Assembly (NCBI GenBank): GCA_002269645.1
Contig: NIVC01001660.1
Location: forward strand, 124,001-188,000
Source: Macrostomum lignano
Lineage: Eukaryota
Direction of reading: 5' to 3'
Length of the DNA: 64,000 nucleotides
The notes under the pieces were generated by a model, which worked only from the letters and a program-made list of their open reading frames with translations, was not told the origin of the DNA and ran no database searches. Made by a program: the position numbers and the translations under genes. The number at the start of each line of letters is the position of its first letter. Positions within the stretch are counted from its first letter, which is position 1. Below are positions 1 to 12,705 of the stretch, in pieces.

Positions 1-258
1 AAATTCCTATGACCCACCTGGCTATCTACTGACAGTACTATATGTGGCTTCTGATTTGCAATACAATTACATTGCCAAGACTGCAAAATATGAAATTTAG
101 AATTGCTTGCTGGGTGTTGTGTATTTGCTTTGCTAACTAATTATAGTCATTCATAGACGGACTTTTGATTTAGATATTAGTCTATGGTTCATAGGGATTA
201 AGTTTGACTGTACACATTTATTTGCTTCAAGTCTCGATACTTTTCGTTTAAGTAAACA

Positions 259-403
259 ATAAACGCCGTTTAATTCACATTCTGTGGTTAGAATGTCTGA
301 GGCTGCGTTTAATGGTCTCGAGGCGAGCGTAGCGAGCCGAGGACTATTGATTGCAGCCGAGGATATTCTAACCATAGACTATGATGAATTAAACGGCGTT
401 TAT
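259..403. mobile_element. Small MITE-like inverted-repeat element
   Basis: 19-bp perfect inverted repeat ATAAACGCCGTTTAATTCA (259-277) / TGAATTAAACGGCGTTTAT (385-403) around about 107 bp; no convincing TSD. Confidence 0.35.
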
Positions 404-934
404 CATATATTAAATTCGATTGCTCCTGATTTCGAGGAGATTATATGATATAATATCCTAGTTTTTGTTAAAAATTACCACAGACAACACATTCCCGGCT
501 CAGAATAGTACAATTTTTTAACGATTAAATAAGCAATCGTATTTTATATATAAACAAGCTACAAACGCGCTACCGCTAAGACACTTCAACTTCTAACTTC
601 CCAAAAGTTTTACCGCCTTCGCGTTATTCAAAACGTAACACTGGGTTAGAGATGGGTTTGTAGAAGGAGATATTTTACCACTGAAGATAATTGAAATCCC
701 AATAATTAATGATGAATACAAGGCAAAATCTCAAACTACTCGACTGTGGCAGGCATTTAGGAATTGCGGTAATTAGTCATCAATTTTAGAGAAAGACTAG
801 CAATCTTCGCCCCCCGTTGGGGGACATCTGTATAGAATCTCTGTTCTCTACAAGTAACAAAAAGACAGCCAAACAAAGCCTTCACAAAGACAACAGACAA
901 ACTGCTCAAATAAAGTGTAATGCAAAAAGAAATC

Positions 935-1065
935 ATCCCAAGACAGCAAGCATCCCCCAGATAGCAAGCATCCCCTAGATTGCAAGCATCCCCCAGATAG
1001 CAAGCATCCCCCAAATAGCAAGCATCCCCCAGATAGCAAGCATCCCCAAATAGTAAGCATCCACC
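935..1065. repeat. 18-bp tandem repeat (AGCAAGCATCCCCCAGAT), about 7 copies, in the Helitron A 3' region
   Basis: Directly visible; it generates the spurious GDACYL/GCLLSG ORFs. Confidence 0.9.
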
Positions 1066-1149
1066 AGACAATAAGTAGCTAGTGCAACAATTTCCTTAGC
1101 TCTATAGTGGCTCCTTTAAAATTGGCATGACGCTTACTTTTACGTTTGA

Positions 1150-1570
1150 AATTGTGTATCTTTTATGTTTGACATGGTGGCTCTTTTATGTTTGACATGG
1201 TGGCTCTTTTATGTTTGACCTGGTGGCACCTCAATGTAATGATGGCTCTTTAATGTTTGACCTGGTGGCACCTCAATGTAATGATGGCTCTTTAATGTTT
1301 GAAATGGTGGCTCTTTAATGTTCGACATGGTGGCTCCATAATGTTAGACATGGTGGCTCTTTAATGTTCGACATGGTGGCTCTTTAATGTTAGACATGGT
1401 GGCTCTTTAATGTTCGACATGGTGGTCCTTTTATGCTTGACATTGTGGCTCTTTAATGTTTGACATGTTGGTCCTTTTATGTTTGACATGGTGGCTCTTT
1501 AATGTTTGGCATGGTGGCTCTTTGATGTTTGACATGGTGGCTCTTTAATGTTAGACATGGTGGCTCTTTA
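1150..1570. repeat. 23-bp minisatellite (GACATGGTGGCTCTTTAATGTTT), short version, in Helitron A
   Basis: Directly visible; same unit as the 10255-12575 array. Confidence 0.9.
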
Positions 1571-2706
1571 ATTTTTAACGTTTGTTAAACGTTTTTGACG
1601 TTTGTAACGCAAGAATTTTTTGTATTTTTCGCGAATAAACTTGAAAAGTACAAAGTGAAACTTATGAACATGGCATTAAAAGTACAACCGATATGTCTCG
1701 TATACATAGCGTGTGCAATGGCTGCATGTGACCAGATGAGTTCCTTTAATACTCTACGTTAGTCTATAGTCGCAGCCCTCGGATTCGCTCATTCCTGCCC
1801 TCAAATCCATAGTCAGAACAATCAGTTCGGCTCTATTTCCTTAGCCTTTGCGCTTTGCCACAGACTATTCATATTTGTTTCGCCAAAGATTAAGAAATGA
1901 AGTAAGACAAAAGCTTCATTCAGGGCCTTCGCCTTAGTTAAAATTGACATCTTGTGAGTTTCGTATATTATTCAACTTTCAATATATGGAAGACGAAGGC
2001 CCCGTCGCAAGTTGATGCAAATCGTTTTTTATGAGCTTACAGTCCACAGTTGTTACAGGTGACTTGAGATATTTTTGATTTTTGAAAAAAGACTGTCACT
2101 CGTAGTTTGCGTAAAAATCCATATACTAAAATTCACTCTAATGTTAAGTTTTTGCGAACCTTGGAAAACTAAAAACAAAATTGTTTCGTCTTTTGCATAA
2201 ATTTGCGATATAAAATAAGTAAAGTTTTTACACGAATTATAATGAAATTTCAGGTGAAAAATAAAAGACAAAATTAACTGCTCATCAAAGATTGAATTCA
2301 TTAAAAGCAGTGCAAAAGAAGGTTTGTTTCAAAAGTTACTTTCGGCTAATATGAAATTGCCTTAAAATACAAATTAACTGTAAAGTGCAAATTGACTGTA
2401 AAAATTAATACAATGAATAAAATAAGCCTAATTGAGCTTCAACATAAAGTTCATCAGCTATTAGCTCGTACTCACTGCCATTGCAATATCTACGCTTCGT
2501 TAGAAATGAGGCTGGGGCAATAAGTTTCCTGCGATTCTTTTAGGAATGAGAGCTATTGACAGCTATTGCTTTAGAGAATGAGAGCTATTACTTAAGAGAT
2601 ATGGGGAAATAATTATTCTATTTTCCTTAAAAATAAATGAATATACTTTCTAGCCTTTTGCATAAGGAAAATTATTGCTCACCCCTCATTTTTTACGATA
2701 AATAAA

Positions 2707-5700
2707 TTAGTCTTCAGTGAGAACTTCTGGAAACACAACATTTCTGGTCCTTGTTCCCGGAATCCGGACGCGAACATTTGCCGCGTTCTTTGCTCGTGAC
2801 AGCGCCGTGTACAGCTGGCCATGCGTGAAGCAACCGACTGACAGGTCAATGCCAACTGTGTCCAGAGACTGTCCCTGCGACTTGTGAATCGTCAGGCAGA
2901 AACTCGGCTTCACAGGGAACTGCAGCCGCTTAAAACTGACGGGGAGGTCCGCATTGCTAGGAATCAGCGGTATTCGCGGCAGAAGAATCTCGTCTCCCGT
3001 GAACTGGCCGGCGGCAATCTTGCATCTAAGCACGTTCTCGCCCATTGCGAGTATGATCAGCCGCGTACCATTGCACAATCGTGGCGGGTTGATGTTTCTG
3101 AGAAGAACTACTGGCATACCCACTTTTAGCCTCAGCAAGTGAATCGGAAAGTTCGGGGCATCCAGCTGGTTGAGCAACTCAGGCGGGAAGTGCGTAGCGG
3201 CATCCTCATCGGCCACACTGTCTATTGAGCGGTACTCCCGCAGGCTGCCGGGGAACATGCCCAGGCACGTCTCGTTGATGGCATCCACTGAGTCATTGTA
3301 CGGCGCCAGGATCGCTCGGCTTGCAAAGTAGCCGTCCCTCTCCACTGACGCCTCAAACGATGGGTACACAAAATTTATCAGATCATTGAGCGGCGCCTCC
3401 GCAGAAATGATGATCTCAGCAGGAAGAGACACTTTCTCCTCTGCATCCTGCTCAATTGTTCCGGATCCGATCTGGGGGAGTTAAAAGTCAAATATTTAAA
3501 ACGCTAGACAGACTTTAAGCAAGGCATTCTTGAATGAGCCACAATTTTTTAATGGAGCTCTCAACACGAAAGAAACCGAATATCCTTAAATCTTCCAATA
3601 TTTAAACTGATGAAAACAAACTTACCTGCTTGAGTAGCTCGGTGTATCTCAAATACGTTGCAGAATCGGAACTGCTCAGCAATCGGATGTTTCTTGTAAG
3701 GCGATGCCGCCGGAAAAATTTCCACAGTGGGGATCTGCTGACACACGCCATGACGCTGTTGGCTCGAGTCCCATGCACCACAACGGGCAGCAGCTGGCGA
3801 AAGTCCCCAGCGCAAACGAAAACCACTCCGCCGAATGGCACGTCCTGCTTCCGCACGTCTCGCAAGCACCGGTCAACGGCCTCCAAATCCTTCCGGTTTG
3901 TCATAGAAATCTCGTCCCAGACAATTAGACGCACTGTCCGAAATACAGCGGCCTGTTTGGACTGCGCTCCAACAGCGCACACGTCTTTGCTCGAACGGAT
4001 CGCCCGAATTGGTATCTTGAACCTGGCATAGACAAATAGTTTCACCATGCCGAACATATTTACAGCACACGAAATATTTACAACTGCTTTTTGAAATATT
4101 GACAATAAATTACTCACGTTGAATGCGCCGTCTGTCCACCTGGCAAAAGAGTCGCTGCGATTCCAGAAGCCGCAACGGCGAGGGCGACTTCACCCCGGCT
4201 GCGCACGAAGGCTAGCAGAACCTCTAGCAGGAAGGTCTTGCCAGTGCCAGCAGGTGCGTCCAGGAAGTGCAAGCCGCTGGTGCCGTCCACAAGATTCTGA
4301 GTCACGGACTCGTACACCGCTTTCTGCTCATCTGTCAGCATTGGTAAGCGCGCCTCAGTAATCAGTGCTTGCTCAACCGTATCAAACTGCATTGGTCCAT
4401 CTTGAGGTGTCACGGAGGCCGCAGGCAGGCCGTACTCTGGCAGGCTTCTCCCGCCCATGGAGATCAGCATGCTCTGAAGCTCACGCAGCGCCAGGTCAGT
4501 AATCTCCTCTGTGCTCAAGTCTCGGTGGTGAAACCGCAGGTCCTCGCTGAGATCCTCGGCAAAACTGCACCAGAGGTCGCTGCCATCCTCAGGCTCACCC
4601 CATATGAGAATTACGGCCAGAAGATGTCTCAGGGCTCTTGGCATTCTTGACTGAACGGCCTCAGCTAGACACCGCCGCCAGTGATCATCTCGCTGCAGCA
4701 GGCCAAGGGCCATGCAAGCAGCCTTGGCGCTCGGATGCACAACGCCGTCCACGGTCTGCAGCGCCTCGAAGCTAGTCGGTCCCCTAACATTCAAAAGGAG
4801 CATTCGAACATAAAATAAATCACCTGCTCTTGGACTCACCGTGTACATGCGTGCAACGTTTTTGTTCCGCACTACACCCGGATGGCCATCGACTCGCACA
4901 CCCTGCTTGGCCCGCCGCCACACTCTTTCGCTGGAGTGCCACACAAAGTAGGACGGCACCTCCGTGTAGAGCAAGGACCCAGCAAATTCGTCAGTACGGC
5001 ACAGCTTGAAAAATGCCGTCAACGTCGAATCCTTCGGCGTTCTCGCTTTTGCTCTTGCGGTCCCCTCGTTGAAATACACGAGCTGCTCTTCCGACTTGTG
5101 AACGCAGAGTCGGATGACCGCCGGAAACCTGTTGTGCACCTGATCAGAAAGGGAAAGGAAAATATACAGCCTTTAAGTTTCGATGGAAATTCAATTTATA
5201 CTATGACGAGGTTTCACAGCTCCGGTTAAAATGAGCCAATAATAATTAAAACGCGAATTACTTCAAAGCCCAAGATGGTATTCACGGCTTCCATTGGACC
5301 AATGTAGCGCGCGGACAGGTACTCCTTAATCTCATCACGCGGCTCATTTCGTGTCGTTTGCGTCGACGCTGGTTACCCACTGCCTGCTCTCTCGGTTCAG
5401 TAGAATTCCTATTGGCATCGACTTTGAACGTCGCCATGTCGCCACCCTTTAACAGGTACTTGATCACGTACTTGACCGACTTCACAGTGGCGCAAACTTC
5501 GACGTTCAAGTGGCACGCAAACTGGAGCAACAGGTCAGGGCTGTACGGAACGACCCACCTGTTTTAATGAAAAAATAATATCATTAACTTTCAGAAACAA
5601 AAGCTGCAATGCACAACTAAGCAATATATTAGCGTTTGAACTTCCCTGTTGTCCATGCGAATGCTCCGGCCTTTGAACAGTTTGTCCACTGTAAATCCGC

Positions 5701-8700
5701 CCATCTCAGGCGATAGTCTGCGGTACAGTGGGTAGCCAGTATCGCTGGTCAGCGTCACCTGCTGGAACTCTTTCGGAAAGCCCTTGCTGCATTCGCCATT
5801 CTCCATGCAAGGACACGCCGGATTCTCCTTGCCGCAGGGGCCATGGATCATGTGCGTCTTCACCAGCTCATACAGCACAGGCTGCTGCTCTGGGTCCGGA
5901 ATCTCGGCAGACACGATGTCATCGTATCGGTCCGGAGTCACTCGCTGACCGCTCACGAGCCACAGCAGAAAGTGCACATGAGGAAGACCTGGAGCGTCAA
6001 AAAAGTATTAAAAAATATCACAAAACCTTTGTAAATCTAAATTTCAATAAATCTTAAAACTTTGATTCTTGCAAGTCAGAATTTTTACTCACCACGCTTC
6101 TGGTACTCCAGTGAGCAAACGTGAGCGGCCTCTTTCCCATAGCGCTTGGTCAACTGGGCCAGCAGAGCTTTCTTCTTCATTTCAAAGACTCGGCTAACAA
6201 TGTCGGGCCGGTCTTCTGCCCGCTGTCCAGGCAGAAGCTGAGCGCTGATCTCCGGCCATTTCGGATTGCACGTTGCGGTGACAAACAGGTCCGGCTTACC
6301 GAACTTGTGAACATAGGTCATAGCGTCCTGTAGCCTCTCCATCAGGTACCTTGGCCCGCCAACGAAGCTCGAAGACAGAAGCACATGCGCGGGCTTGCCT
6401 ATGTCACTCGGATCTCTGTCGGTAGACCTGCCATCAGCTGCAAACAGAGCGTCCCGCAGACCGCTGTACGTCTCGCTGCGCAGGTCCTGCTGATGGGTCC
6501 GCAAATACAGCAGCCTCTCTGCCTCAATCTTGGCACACATGTCCACCAAGTACTGCTGAAATAATCTTCGGCCATAGTGCAGCACACTGAACTGGCCCGC
6601 TCGCACCATGATTTCGCTCGCATAGTATTTCATGGGCGTCAATTTCTTGCCATTACTCATCAGCAACTCCGGGTGCCAGCCATCTTCGCCATTCGGGAAC
6701 AGCAGCACATACTCCAGCGGGTCATATGAGCGGTGCGTCTCGCTGATTCTCTGGGAACCGCCACCACGCAGTTGAATCACGACGTCCCGACTGGCCGGTG
6801 TGTTCTCATTGTCCTCCACAACAGGATACCGACCTCGTTCGCCGTAGGCAAGTTGTAGCGCCTGATTTTGAACGGAGTTTGTGGGATACAGAGTCTGTAC
6901 AAATTGGATAATTGGATAATTTATTACGCAAAATATCTTATTAGAATGTCTTGCAGACATACCGAATGTGTTCCCCAGATGGTCGACGGTCAGGGTGAAT
7001 TACGATTCGCGCATCTCCCAACTCCGGATCTTGACTGATTCGATGAGCGACTGCCCTCAGGCTGCGGACATAGCCGTTGCACTCGTGAAGCAGCGTCTGC
7101 AAAAGCTCCAGTAGCTCCGGCTTCACCTTCTGGCTGAGACTCTGGCGGCTTTCAAGTTCGCGATCATTGAAATACACCTGCCAGCCATGGGGCTCAGCTG
7201 AATCCTCTGCAAACAGCGGCGCCGTGTTGTGATGCAACTGGCCGCTGATGAAGAAGCTGGGACACCAGCCTGGCACCAACCGCAGTTTGGCACCCAGCGA
7301 TGTCAGTTGCAGCGCCGAGTTGTAACTCCGAATGTTGGTCAGGAACTCGGCACTCATTCTGTGCCGCCCCAGGTACAGATCTGCCAGCACTTGAGGCACG
7401 GTGCGGCTGGGCAGCTTCACCTTGCCTTTGGCGCAGCAGAAATTCCTCGTCTCAGAGCACCAAAGTAATGCACCGCATTGGTCGCATGCTCTGTCCATTG
7501 GGCCACAGTTATGGGCTGGCGCTTCAGGCCTGATAATCCGTTCTGGCCTGTGATTGGAAGGATTAGGATTAGGAAGGATTAATGGCAAACAGTTTTCCCA
7601 GTTAATCTTTCAGCTTACAAAAAAATTTATTGGAATAAAACAACTTGAGTTCGATGACAAATAAATTATGATGACCAGTCACACCAATGACCTACCTCTC
7701 TTGAGCAGGTCTTGCGCCACAATGACCTGCACTCTGCTGAGTTAATCTTGGCTCCTCTGCATCTACAATGGGCTCAGAAACTGGAATCGGATTAGCAAAT
7801 CGCAATGACTCATAATGCTCATGACGCAAAAGAATTCGGACGATTGCAATCGGTGGCTGCAAAGGGGACATACAGTACTGCAGTACAGTGCCGTTTTCTT
7901 GATAAATCACCAGATCAACATTAAAACAACGGCTTAAAAGCGGAACAACTTCATCAGGCACATATGTGCCTTCAGAAAAAGAGGAATCAACAATGAAATC
8001 AGCATTTTCTGGCAAAACAAAGCCTTGTTCAATCAATTCTGGCATAATCTGCACTACACGGCTCGTCAGCTCGTGTCTTAAAGATGCCGCATCGGTCTCA
8101 AGTGGAGTGCCCTGCAACTGGTCACAGACTGCATAAAAAAAACAGTTCCCATCACCAGGAATGCGAATTATGCGCAACGCATCAAAAGGTACCACAGACG
8201 GTGTGGCCAACTCACTACTATCAAACCTGGAATATAGGAAAAAAATTATACACAACTTCATTTGCCGGTAATTAAAGTAGTGACGAATAAATTTTATGCT
8301 ATTCTATACTGATCTCTTAAATAAAACTCTTGGAAAGCAATCGACTTGAAAAGTTGAGAAAAAATGCACGAAACAGATTCCAGTTTTTAATTATATGCCC
8401 AAGTACCAATAAAACATCAGCTAAGATAGAAAATACCCCGAATTAGGCACAATGGGCACTTGGATTTTATATAGCTATAAAATATATAGCTCCAATTAAA
8501 ATGTCATCCTACCTGCCAGCCGACACTCCTCGACGGCGAATTTGCTCGGCTTCCACTCGAGCTCTTCGTTGCTCTTCGGTTTCTGAAGCGCGTCGCTTCT
8601 CCGCACGAGTTCTGTCTCCAGATTTACGCTCTTCTCGCTGAGCGTCGGTTTCCGTTGCCCTTCGCTCAGCCTCCTGCTGCCGGTGTCCAGCCAGCCGCTC

Positions 8701-8865
8701 TTCTCGCTGCGCGTCAGTCTCCATGGCCGTTCGCTCATTCTTCTGCTGCCGCAGTCCAGCCAGCCGCTCCTCTCGCTGAACGGCACTCTGTTGCTGACGC
8801 TTCTTCTTGGCATCTCTGCTCTTCTTCAATGCGCTGGTGCCACGTCGAGCCATATTGGAATTCAA
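2707..8865 (-). pseudogene. Helitron RepHel transposase gene, 9 exons, about 1,690 aa after repair: ETxEQR repeats, OTU protease, Cys zinc finger, HUH Rep, Pif1-type SF1 helicase; two 1-bp frameshifts and one GG splice donor
   Basis: Exons reconstructed by hand from splice sites and phase: 8865-8513, 8226-7696, 7547-6963, 6861-6093, 5988-5646, 5558-5262, 5139-4118, 4022-3626, 3471-2707. Motifs: GDGNC...HYESL (OTU), CDQCGALLW...CC, RRYNLPTANEV, TATCNPKW, EYQKRG|LPHVHFLLW (HUH), KYVIKYLLKG, DAPAGTGKT, IVWDEISM, GDFRQLLPV, TIHKSQGQSL, GQLYTALSR. Lesions near 6822, within 5300-5400, and donor GGAAGT at 5645. Confidence 0.9.
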
Positions 8866-9989
8866 ATTGAAAGATAAGAATTTTGAGTTATAATGAAAAG
8901 AAAGGATAGTAGGGGTTGTGTGCGAGAAAAGAGAAAGGTATGAAGTCTATAATGTCACGCGTTTTAAACTCAGCAACAACCCAATCCCAAAAAGCTGGAC
9001 ACCATTTGTACACTGTTAGACTGTCAGTGTGTACAGCAAGCCTAAATTCTCTCCAATACCCGCCTGCTAATTGGTCAGGACTTTTTTATTATTCAATACT
9101 CTCTCTCAAACACCTAACTCTAACTCTCCTATGTGAAAGGATTCAGATAAATTTTCTGAACTGGAGGCGCAAGCCTCAGTAGCCAATGTACATCTATCTC
9201 TGTGGCACTTTTGGACTTTTTTATAATCAGACGGTTTTATTACATTTTGGAGGGTCAGTCTCAACATGGTTCGTATATTGTGAATCAATTAGATACTGTA
9301 TATATGTGCATGTATTTCACTCTCTCACTATCCCTCTCTCCAGCATTTAAAGTTAGTATGTCAATTGTGCACGGGGACATTTTATAATGTACAATCTTTT
9401 CTCGCAGTCTACATTTATAGTTCTCTAGCCTGGCGACAAAAAATACTACTTTACTGGGCGCTGCAAAGTTCAATTCCAATAAGAATGGCTCACAGTAGGA
9501 AGTTCTGCTTGACCCTTGCAGAAAGTGTTTTCAACACTGTGACGCAATTCAAGGCGGAGATACAATTCAGCTGTTATGCAATCTTTATCACAATCAGAAT
9601 TCAGTCAGTCAGTTTTTTCTCTAGCATTTTTACAATGCATTTCAGGTCGAAAGAGCTGCTTGACCTTTGCAAAAAAGCATGTTTTTCGAATATTTAATAC
9701 CTTTAACATTGAGCAATTTCTTAGCCAAGATGCATGTACCGTCCCAGGAAAATTTCTGATCGAATGGTGCAAGTTTGAAGAAAATCGATTGAGCCAATTT
9801 TTCTGAAATCTATCGCATACCCACAGACAACTCATTTTTAGTATATAGGACTAGCAATCTTCGCCCCCCGTTGGGGGACATCTGTATAGAATCTCTGTTC
9901 TCTACAAGTAACAAAAAGATAGCAAAAAAGCCTTCACAAAGAAAACAGACAAAATACTCAAATGAAGTGCAATGCAAAAAGAAATCATC

Positions 9990-10160
9990 CCAAGACAGCA
10001 AGCATCCCCCTGATAGCAAGCATCCCCCAAATAGCAAGCATCCCCTAGATAGCAAGCATCCCCCAAATAGCAAGCATCCCCCAGATAGCAAGCATCCCCC
10101 AGATAGGAAGCATCCCCCCTCCCGGATAGCAAGCATCCCCCAGATAGCAAGCATCCCAAA
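9990..10160. repeat. 18-bp tandem repeat (AGCAAGCATCCCCCAGAT) in the Helitron B 3' region
   Basis: Directly visible; homologous to 935-1065. Confidence 0.9.
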
Positions 10161-10254
10161 ATAGTAAACATCCACCAGACAATAAGTAGCTAGTGCAACA
10201 ATTTCCTTTGCTCTATAGTGGCTCCCTTAAAATTGGCATGACGCTTACTTTTAC

Positions 10255-12575
10255 GTTTGAAATTGTGTATCTTTTATGTTTGACATGGTGGCTCTTTTAT
10301 GTTCTACATGGTGGCTCTTTAATGTTCTACATGGTGGCTCTTTGATGTTTGATTCGGAGTTTTTTAATGTCTGACATGGTGTCACTTTAATGTTTGACAT
10401 TGTGGCTCTTTTATGTTTGACATGGTGGCTCTTAGTGTTTGACATGGTGGCTCTATAATGTTAGACATGGTGGCTCCATAATGTTAGACATGGTGGCTCT
10501 TTAATGTTCGACATGGTGGCTCTTTAATGTTAGACATGTTGGCTATTAAATTTTTGACATGGTGGCTCTTTAATGTTCGACATAGTGGTCCTTTTATGCT
10601 TGAAATGGTGGCTCTTTAATATTTGACATGGTGGCTCTTTTATGTTTGGCATGATGGCTCTTTGATGTTTGATATAGAGTCACGAATATACTTGACATGG
10701 TGACTCGTTAATGTTAGACATGGTGGCTCTTTAATGTTTGACATGGTGGCTCTTTAATGTTCGACATGGTATATCTATAATGTTAGACATGGTGGCTTTT
10801 TAATGTTCGACATGGTGCCTCTTTAATATTTGACATGGTGGTCCTTTTATGTTCTACACGGTGGCTCTTTTATGTTTGACATGATGGCTCTTTAATGTTT
10901 GACATGGAGTCACATATATGTTGGACATGGTGGCTCTTTAATGTTCGACATGGTGGATCTATAATGTTTGACATGGTGGCTTTTTAATGTTCGACATGGT
11001 GGCTCTTTAATGTTAGACATGGTGGCTCTTTAATGTTTGACATGGTGGCTCTTTAATTTTTGACATGGTAGCTCTTTTATGTTTGACATGATGGCTCTTT
11101 TATGTTTGACATGATGGCCCTTTTATGTTCTTCATGGTGACTCTTTTATGTTAGACATGGAGTCACGAATATACTTGACATGGTGACTCGTTAATGTTAG
11201 ACATGGTGGCTCTTTAATGTTTGAAGTGGTGGCTCTTTAATATTTGACATGGTGGCTCTTTAATGTTTGACATGGTGGCTCTTTAATGTTCGACATGGTG
11301 CCTCTTTAATGTTTGACATGGTGGTCCTTTTATGTTTGACATGGTGGCTCTTTAATATTAGACATGGTGACTCTTTAATGTTAGACATGGTAGCTCTTTA
11401 ATGTTCGACATGGTGGCTCTTTAATGTTAGACATGGTGGTTCTTTAATGTTCGACATGGTGGCTCTTTAATGTTAGACATGGTGGTTCTTTAATGTTCGA
11501 CATGGTGGCTCTGTAATGTTTGACGTTGTGGCTCTTTAATGTTTGACATGGTGGCTCTATATTGTTCGACATGGTGGTTCTTTATGTTCGACATGGTGGC
11601 TCTTTTATGCTTGACATGGTGGCTCTTTACTTTTTGACATGGAGTCACATATATGTTTGACATGGTGGCTCTTTAATGTTTGACATGGTGGCTCTTTTAT
11701 GTTTGACATGATGGCTCTTTTATGTTTGACATGGTGGCTCTTTAATGTTCGACATGGTGGCTCTTTAGTGTTTGACATGGTGGCTCTTTAAGGTTTAACA
11801 TGGATTCACGAATATACTTGACATGGTGACTCGTTAATGTTAGACATGGTGGCACCCTAGTGTAATGAATGCTCTTTAATGTTTGAAATGGTGGCTCTAT
11901 ATTGTTCGACATGGTGGTTCTTTATGTTCGACATGGTGGCTCTTTTATGCTTGACATGGTGGCTCTTTACTTTTTGACATGGAGTCACATATATGTTTGA
12001 CATGGTGGCTTTTTAATGTCAGACATGGTGGCTCTTTAATGTTCGACATGGTGGTACTTTTATGCTTGACATGGTGGCTCTATAATGTTCGACATGGTGG
12101 TTCTTTTATGTTCGACATGGTGGCTCTTTTATGCTTGACATGGTCGCTCTTTACTTTTTGACATGGAGTCACATATATGTTTGACATGGTGGCTCTTTTA
12201 TGTTGGACATGGTGGCTCTTTTATGTTGGACATGGTGGCTCTTTAGTGTTTGACATGGTGGCTCTTTTATGTTTGACATGGATTCACGAATATACTTGAC
12301 ATGGTGACTCGATAATGTTAGACATGGTGGCTCTTTAATGTTTGACCTGGTGGCACCCTAGTGTAATGATGGCTCTTTAATGTTTGAAATGGTGGCTCTT
12401 TAATATTTGACATGGTGGCTCTTTAATGTTCGACATGGTGGCTCTATAATGTTAGACATGGTGGCTCTTTAATGTTCGACATGGTGGCTCTTTAATGTTA
12501 GACATGGTGGCTCTTTAATGTTAGACATGGTGGATCTTTTATGTTTGACATGATGGCTCTTTAATGTTTTACATT
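10255..12575. repeat. Expanded 23-bp minisatellite (GACATGGTGGCTCTTTAATGTTT), about 100 copies, inside Helitron B
   Basis: Directly visible, with recurring variant units. Confidence 0.95.
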
Positions 12576-12644
12576 GTGCTTTTTGTTTTTAGCATTTAAA
12601 ATGTTTTTATTAGGGTTTTTTTAATAAAAAAATCTTTTTGCACT

Positions 12645-12705
12645 ACTAAGCTTTGAACCCAGGTCGCTACATAAGCAGTCCAATCTGTTTGCATCGAGGC
12701 TTTCT
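12645..12705 (-). promoter_or_regulatory. Degenerate tRNA-like / Pol III box module in Helitron B
   Basis: Minus strand AGCCTCGATG...GGACTGCTTA...GGGTTCAAAGC: A-box-like, anticodon-loop-like (GCT) and B-box-like motifs; counterpart in C. Confidence 0.4.

Larger units (their letters stand above)
797..9850 (-). mobile_element. Helitron A, autonomous-type (RepHel-encoding), about 9.05 kb
   Basis: Minus-strand 5' end TCCTATATACTAAAAATGAG at 9850; 3' end CCCCC-AAC-GGGGG hairpin (811-823), 10-nt spacer, CTAG (800-797), then T (796); encloses the RepHel exons. Confidence 0.92.

Noticed and set aside
757-1071. GDACYL/GCLLSG repeat ORFs (also 9810-10175)
   Set aside because: Products of the 18-bp repeat in the Helitron 3' region
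8916-9835. Cluster of short ORFs duplicated at 16273-17216
   Set aside because: Non-coding Helitron 5' sequence; their identity reflects the 910-bp duplication only
10255-12575. CRISPR-like appearance of 23-bp repeats with occasional variant units
   Set aside because: Units are contiguous with no unique spacers, there are no cas genes, and the context is eukaryotic
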